NCBI RefSeq assembly: GCF_000150275.1
Contig: NW_002060961.1
Coordinates: 310,001-374,000 of the forward strand
Reading direction: 5' to 3'
DNA from: Trichoplax adhaerens
Lineage: Eukaryota; Animalia; Placozoa
DNA: 64,000 bases
Below the pieces are notes generated by a model. The model was not told where the DNA came from and did not search any database. It saw nothing but the letters and a program-made list of their open reading frames with translations. A program made the position numbers and the translations under genes. Below are positions 56,454 to 64,000 of this stretch, piece by piece (within the stretch, counting starts at the first letter, position 1; each line of letters begins with the position of its first letter).

Positions 56454-59400
56454 TTATGGAGTATTTGCAGGAACATTAGTTGAAGATGTAGTAACAGTCT
56501 TTTTTTCACGCATAGCAGTTAAATGGTAGCCAAACGGCCACAATGCAATTCTCCCTAATTTGAAATTCTGAATTCCAAATGGGATGCATATTAGAGTTAT
56601 AAACTGAACTAAACCTAGGAGGAAGTGCTCGATCGCGAATAAAATTCCAAAAGGTAACCAGAGTACGTTGCCACAGCATGTTATACAACTCTAGACAGAT
56701 AGCCAGAGAGAAGTTTTACGATTGCGAATCATATTAATAATCAATTTACGTAATATTTAAATATTAAATTGATAAAATAAGTGGATTTTGTACGGCTTGC
56801 TATCAATTTAAATATAGGATATCCCTTGATCCGTTTATTTTATACATTTGAAGTTAATGCAATTATTATTATAATAAGCGAGACATATTTGCTCTATCTT
56901 TAAAATAAATGATAGGATTCTTTATCTATTGATGATAACTGTAGCTTTTTATTTCTGTACCACTCATGTTAAAGCTGCGATCCAAAATTTTATAATAAGT
57001 ATACCAATACGAGCATACTGGATATAACTTTAGTAATGCTAACCTTTTCGTCTTCCCGAGATACCGGATTTATGCCACTGACATCTTTGCCGAATGGTAA
57101 TAATGTTAACATAGCCATCTAAAAAATGAAAGAAAATTAAATGTTAACCTATTCGCCTTGTTGAAAAGTAGTAGTAAAAGACTTCTAGAGTAACAGTAAT
57201 TTTATTTCTATCATGATAAAATGTATGGACGACGGTATGATATTGTGATAGTGCCTTTAAAAAAACACTCCAGTAAGAACTTCTATTTGTTGATAATTTC
57301 AATTCATTTCATAAATTGTTTATCCTACCGTAAGTATGTATTTGCATAATTTAACCTACAAGTAAAGCTTATTTTGAGATCACACACTAATTACATAAAA
57401 GCATTCTAATACTACAGAAAGAGACTTGTGCAATCGAACAATCTCATCACAGACCTGATCTATTTTGGGACTGTTTGTGTGAACTAACTTTCGAATTACG
57501 GTAGACATTGACATAATCCTTAATCTTACCCACTACTGTACGGTATCATGATCTATTTTTGAAATTGTAATTATTTTATAACTAGCTTTCGAATACGATA
57601 TAGACACGCTTTTCAATCTAATTCAATATTTGTACACACTGTAGTCTAACCTACAAACATCAGCTATTTTGAGAATGTGCTTATTAACTGTAAATAAACT
57701 AGCTTTCGAATTAGAGTTTTATGCAATCTGTAATTTAACCTACAAACATCAGCTATTTTGGGGGATCTGCTTATTAAGTGTAAATAAACTGGCTTTCGAA
57801 TTAGAGGTTTATGCAATCTGTAGTCTAAGTTTAAACATTATCTATTTAGGGTAGCACTTATACCGTGAAGTAACTTTGAAATTAGATATTTGCAAACTTT
57901 ATAACCTGCAAATATGGTTTATTTTAGGGCTGCGCTTATGTGATGAGCTAGCTTACTGTTACTAATTAATGGAGATATCTTGGAATGATATCTTATAAAG
58001 TCGAAATATATCGATATATATCAGTCTACCTTAAAGCAGACAAGGCCGCATGGAATACCAATAATCGTGACTGAAAATGCAACGCCCAAAAGAGCCCATT
58101 GAAGTGCCAAGATGAAGCCACCACAAATTAACCAAAAGACGTTGCCAACCCACTAATAACAAAGTGAAAGTATTTAATAAATATTCATTAGTATAGTATC
58201 ATTAGAAGACTAGAATCATATTATCTTCTTGTAGTCCATTGGTAATGACGATGGATAGATAGAAATTAGTAAAAATTCTCGAAAATTTGTCAGCCTGAAA
58301 TCGTATCTACACGTACTTTCGTCTTATAGAGGGTAGAAAAGTGAATCAAGAATGACATTAATTCTACAACTGTAGAGAGAATATCCAATTCTATGAGCTA
58401 CATAGTACAGTATAGCTTTAAAGGAAATCAAATATTTAAGATGTAAATGATATGAATATCTAGATGATGTTTACGTGTTCAAGATTTGAGAAAGGAGAGA
58501 TGAGGAATGGTAAAGATGATCCATCCTCTAGCTCTCGAATGGATAAGAATGATTTTACGTATAAGGAATGGATGAACAGACTAAATAGGGTATAGAATCA
58601 GCATTACATGAACATGATGTATCTTTTAGCGCTGGAATAGACAAAAATGACTTCATAAGGACTACAGTAGGATATGCAGGTAGTTTGACGATTGGGATCA
58701 TTATTGCATGGACATAGCGTGTCTTCTAGCCCTGAAATGATCAAGATCGATTTTATAGGGAATAGATATACTGCTAGCATAGGAGTAGAATCGCTATTGC
58801 ATGGAAACATATAATGTATCTTCTAGCCTTAACATAAACAACAACGACTTGGATAAGGATTGATGTGCGGTTAGTATCAGGAGTAACATCGGCATCGAAA
58901 GGGAAATAAGAGATCTTGTAGTCCTGGAATGGACAACAAGGACTTTCATCGAGAATAAAATGCAGGTAGTACGAAGAATGAAATCATCATGGAATGGAAA
59001 TGTCTTATCCTCTTTCACTGAAATCACTCATTGGAGCCACTATTGCTTTACAGTTATTGCTGAAGAGCAGTGGATCATAGATCGAATTCAAGACTATTGA
59101 ATAAATTAATAATTATTGTAAGCTTACATGGCAAGCATTGCGAGAATCATACGTCTCGGTGACTTCAGTTTGGGTAACGACAGGATTTTGTTGGCCTTGA
59201 TCGATTTTTAGGTTGATTTGCGTTTGATTCATGTTGAGGATTTGTTGGCCTTGATTTATTGCAGCAACATTGGAATCTGGATAGAGCGCAGGATTTGCTT
59301 GGCCTTGTTGTACGGCAGGAATTGCTTGACCTGGATACATGACAGGATTTACTTGGCCTAGTTGTACTGCAGGATTGGCTTGGCCTTGTTGCATAGCAGG

Positions 59401-59634
59401 AACTGCTTGACCTGGATACATGGCAGGATTTGCTTGGCCTGGATACATGGCAGGATTTGCTTGGCCTGGATACGTAGCAGGATTTGACTGCCCTTGATTT
59501 ACTGGGAAATTCTGTTGATTTCCATACGCAGGAGGATTTTCTTGAAATCGATGCTGGGGATTTTGCTGGCCTTGAGGCGCTGAAGGATTGCCTTGGCCTA
59601 GATTGATTGCCCCAATATTTTTCTCTTGACTCAT
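56454..59634 (-). CDS. Stand-alone double YccF-domain membrane protein with a P/Q/G-rich N-terminal tail, 4 exons, ~313 aa
   Basis: Exons 59634-59128, 58152-58030, 57118-57044, 56690-56454; all introns are phase 0 and GT-AG. Repeat 1 GNVFWLICGGFILALQWALLGVAFSVTIIGIPCGLVCFKMAMLTLLPFG and repeat 2 GNVLWLPFGILFAIEHFLLGLVQFITLICIPFGIQNFKLGRIALWPFG match the YccF pattern GNxxW...TIIGIPFG..FK....LWPFG. Confidence 0.9.
57340..57960. repeat. Degenerate ~80-95 bp tandem repeat in intron 2 of the YccF gene
   Basis: Recurring taacctacaaacatcagctattttg and aactagctttcgaatta. Confidence 0.75.
59255..59500 (-). repeat. 27-nt coding repeat encoding 9-aa units (PAMYPGQAN-like) x~8
   Basis: PATYPGQAN PAMYPGQAN PAMYPGQAV PAMQQGQAN PAVQLGQVN PVMYPGQAI PAVQQGQAN PALYPDSNV. 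Confidence 0.93.
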
Positions 59635-60339
59635 GATGTTGAAGATGGTAAAGACAGCTTCTTCCAATTTAACAACTCTTTGCGCTTAAGTCTAGAAAAT
59701 ACAACATTTCAATCAAAACCACCCAATAAGTTGGAATCCATCATGTTATAGCTGTTGTTACGCTTTGAGGATAAGATAGTCAAGATAGAGAAGTATTAGC
59801 TTATTATTACTCGTATTATTTTTATCCTTAAAGCCGATATTTTTGAGTCTAGAGTTTTAATCAAAACTACCCAATAAATTGAAATTCATCCTATTCTATC
59901 GAATTCAACGCAAAATGACTCTATCCATATTATAGCCAGGGGATAAGATTGATAGATAGGTTTTATGTTATTAATACTACTCGTATTCTATTTATCTTTT
60001 AATGCGATATTTTCGAATAGAGAGCTTTATTGTAAGATAGATAGGTTTTATTTAAAATCTTCTAGGATTCTATTTATCTTTTAAGGTGATATTTTAGAGT
60101 AGAGAGCTGATGATATAGCAAAGTTTAACAAGGCGTCGAAAAAATAGTTCTAAGCATTTCTTGACCTTTTATCGTCATGGAATTTGAATGCTAGATACAG
60201 AGAAAGGATAGAAATTGAAAGCAATAGCAACAACGAATGCTTGGCAAGAAGTGAAATGAATACTATTCTATCGATTGATCGATCAACCCCATTTCTTGTC
60301 CCTCTAGGCCATACTGTTAATCATCATCATCACACTGGC

Positions 60340-62090
60340 ATAGTAAACTGAATAGTTTATCTGGTTTTAAATGCATAGAAATACAGTCGATATGACTAGA
60401 ATAGACTAGCTACAAGAAAATATTCAACAAAGAGCTGGAAAAACTATCCTATTCACATCTTGATGCATTAAGGGAGTCTGAACAGTAAGTCAAATAATTT
60501 GTCTCGTTTCAGAGGAAATCATAGGACAAAATGGTTGAGGATAAAGGAATGTCCAATAAGGAGTTGAAAAAGGTACCCTATCTATTTCTTGGCCCCTTAG
60601 TAAAGCTTAAACAGTACTGTTTAATAGTTTGTTTGCTATTAGACGCAAAGAAATCATGATTATGTATGAGTAATTCTCGATACCTTCATGAATATGAATT
60701 TTGAGCAGAAAATTGAATAGTTTGTCTCACTTCAGGCCGAATAATATGAAGAAAATGGTGTAGTAAAAAATTTCCAACACGGAGTTGAAAAAACTATCCA
60801 ACAGTATTGATTTCTTGACCCATGGTGGAGTTAGAGTAGTAAGTTGAATAATATATTTGCATTGAGATAGACAAAAATATAATTCGAGGGATATAGGATA
60901 AATAAAATGTTTAATAAGACGTTGAAAAAGGCATCTTATTCTTTTTTTAACTCCTTGATGGGATTGAAATAGGAAATTGAATAGTTTATGTTCAAGAAGG
61001 GATTGGAAAGGTATTCTATCTTCGTATTTCTTGGTCTCTTAATAGAGTTTGAAAAGTAAGTTGAATAATTTATTTGCATTGAGATGGATAGAAACAATAT
61101 GATTCAAGGGATATAAGATAAATAAAATATTTCAACAAGACGTTGAAAAAGGCATCCTATTCATTTTTTTAATTCCTTGGTGGGGTTGCAATAGGAAATT
61201 GAATAATTCATCTCATGTCAGAGGAAATAATATCAAGAAAATGGCATAGGAAAAATGAATGTTCCGCTAGCGATTGGAAAGGTATCCTATCTTCGTATTT
61301 CTTGGTCCCTTGATGGAGTTTGAAGAGTAAGTTGAATAATTTATTTGCTTTAAGATAGACGGAAATAAAAGGTTTCAAGGGATATAAGATAAATAAAATA
61401 TTCAACAAGGCGTTGAAAAAGGTGTCCTATTCCTTTTTGAATTCATTGATGGAGTTGAAACAGGAAATTGAATAATTTATCTCATTTCAGAGGAAAATAA
61501 TATGAGGAGAAAGGTATAGAAAAATGAATATTCAAGGAAGCGTTGGAAAAGGCGTGCTATCTGTTTGTTGGTCCTTTAGGCTTTGATTAGTGCCGTAAAT
61601 TGAATGAAAAGTTTGCTTTCACATTTTACTGTATGAAATAATATGATTAAAATGGTCTAGGGCGAATAGATGTTCAAATAAGGCATTGAAAAATCATTCA
61701 AGTCATTTCTGAACTCCTTAATAGAGTTGAAGCAGTCAAGAAAATGCTGACCTCATTTCAGAAGAATCAAGATGAAAAAAATGGTACGGAAAAAATTAAA
61801 TGTTCCAAAAGGCGTTGATGGAAAAGGTATTTTATCTATTAATAGAGTTGAAGCAGTCAATGAAATGCTGACCTCATTTCAGCAGAATCAAGATAAAAAA
61901 TTGAATGTTCAAAAAGGCGTTGATGGAAAAGGTATCCTATCTATTTCTTGATCCTATACTAGAGTGTTAAACACTCCTCAAGAGTATCGTAAGTTTAATA
62001 ATTTATTTGCTTTCAAATACTTAAAAATAATATGACTCAAATCCTATAGTAAGCATCGATGTTGAACATGGAGGTAAAAAACGTCCTATC
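60340..62090. repeat. Degenerate ~125-135 bp satellite-like array (~12 units) with an alternating A/B dimer pattern
   Basis: Recurring gttgaaaaagg.atcctat...cttgatggagttgaa.agtaagttgaataattt; 61003-61270 is most similar to 61270-61540. Confidence 0.8.
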
Positions 62091-63059
62091 GATCACTTCA
62101 TCAAATAACTGATTTATGTATCCTTTAGGCTATGCTATCGATATTGGCCGTAAGAATGATATAAGCAAGAAAGACTTTAAATTAATATACAGCTAGAAGA
62201 GATATTATTGAAAACGAGACCTACCGATTGCTTAGGAAAAGAAAGTTCTAAAGCTAGTCGTCTCCTTGGATACTCTTCTTCCGAACACGCGACTGGTAGC
62301 GATACGGTCGCTTAAAGATATGGGTTAACTAATCCCCTTTCCAATAGTCTTAAATATTACTTTCGGTTTATGCTGTAGGTAGGAAATTAATGATTTAGTA
62401 TAGATCTTACTAAGAGAATAGCAGCAAGTTACTACAATGGTTAATGCTACATTGGATCCATATAATTATCACACGCTGGCATCGCATAGCTACCGATCTA
62501 CACTGTAGAAATGGCGGTAAAAGAGGAAAGCCGGCAAGTAGCAAGGAATAATATGTACTCCCTATTTTGGAGTAATGATTTTAGGATGGCTTATTGCCTC
62601 TATGGGTTAGCAAGATGATGCAGAACAGTCTGCAACAGCTTGCTCACAGTGTTAATTTAGTATCGTTTGGAAAGAGAATGGACTACAGTTGTTGACATCT
62701 CCAGTCTAACAACGAAATTATCCATATCCAACAACTTGTCGTTGGAAATAGCGCTACCTATCGCCAATTTTAGCCTATCATCATACATACCGTGAGCTAA
62801 TGGAGTGCTCACTATATTTATCAGAAAGGGAACGATGTTGAATCACGATAGTTAACCTTAATAATTTTGCGGGAGTCGGAGGGGGTAGCGGTAATAGAAT
62901 TATTTACGACCAATTTGACATTCTATTAACCGATTGAATAGCAGTTTCCCACCTAACAGAATGAAAAAAATTTCCACTCACTAGGTGATGCTTGAAAGAG
63001 GCTTTCATAATTGGATGTGGCACACAATGAAATGTTCGTCTTATTTATCAGAAAGAATA

Positions 63060-63560
63060 TTGAATGCATATAATATTTGTGATCACTATGACTACCTTTG
63101 AATTTGCAAATTAAAATATCAATGGTAGGCCAGTCTCACGCTAACTACATAGAGCGTTAGCTTTCTACAAGGTTGCATGAAATGAAGTGTTTGCTACTAT
63201 TGATGAACATTCCATCGTTAGATAGAAGGAAATACTCTTCATCTTCTTGGGAAGTGCAATGGCGTCTATTCCATGGAATAAACTTTGATTTTGCAAATTC
63301 AAATATCAATCGTAGGCCTATCCATAAAATCTGAATGGAGCGCTAGCTTGCTATAAGGCTGCATAACAACAACCTACTAGCACGGGTTGATCTATATTTT
63401 ATCATTCTCTAGATTCAAATACTCTTCATATTCTTGCAAAAGTTAATCATATCTACTCGACAGAATAAGTTTTGATTTTGCAAAATAAAATATCAAGCAT
63501 CAAAGTACTATCCAACTCCGCACTGGATCAAGAATAAATATCTTTAGGTGTGCTCTCTCG
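63060..63560. repeat. Degenerate ~190 bp repeat x3
   Basis: tttgattttgcaaa.t.aaatatcaa occurs near 63100, 63285 and 63470, and gaaatactctt recurs. Confidence 0.6.
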
Positions 63561-64000
63561 AAATACTCTTGAATCTACATAATATCTTGCTAAGCTACTT
63601 TGCTGTATCTTCCTAGGATAGTAGTATTGCACATTAACGATGTACTGCATAAATAGATGTACTGTATATCGATAGATATATGTCCAATTAGTTGTACCTT
63701 GACTACGCCTCTTCACATTAATTACATCATGCCGATTTTAATACCCTTGTATAGAGTGAAAGCGCTATGCAAACTTGGTAGCCATTCGAGAAAGTAGAGG
63801 GCAGCGCTTGATCACTTCTATTTTGCCGCTATTTGCACATGATTGAACTAATACAATAGTAAAAGATTAATTTACCACTCGTATATCACGAGTTGGCTTC
63901 CGTTATAAAAGCTTATTTAAACTTGAACCTTCCGATTTCTGCACCTTCTATTGATCTACACCAAGTATGGATCAATTTATTTCATATCCAGTGCTACCTA

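Overview
This is eukaryotic, AT-rich DNA with short GT-AG introns. The compact gene structure and basal-metazoan proteins suggest a placozoan (Trichoplax-like) genome; that is an inference, not verified. I could reconstruct seven protein-coding genes by hand: an intronless FZD4-like Frizzled (-), a 7-exon GPI-anchored ecto-5'-nucleotidase (+), an adenylate cyclase 9 orthologue (+) with a 1-nt frameshift in an AAC microsatellite, VTA1 (-) head-to-head with an 18-exon RBBP4/7 (+), a ~16-exon TMEM135 (+), and a 4-exon gene (-) largely missed by the ORF track. That last gene encodes two bacterial-type YccF membrane repeats fused to a Pro/Gln/Gly-rich tail carrying PSAP and PPxY ESCRT/NEDD4 motifs, and is the best candidate for something undescribed. 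Other highlights are a six-fold tandem amplification of the RBBP4 proximal promoter (CCAAT/E2F-like site in all six units, E-box in five), FZD4-TMEM135 linkage as in humans, loss of the TM6 proline 6.43 in the Frizzled, forskolin-sensitive-type residues in AC9, a decayed coding-like block at about 20.4-28 kb, and many 60-240 bp tandem arrays. I recognised no tRNA, rRNA, CRISPR array or intact transposase.
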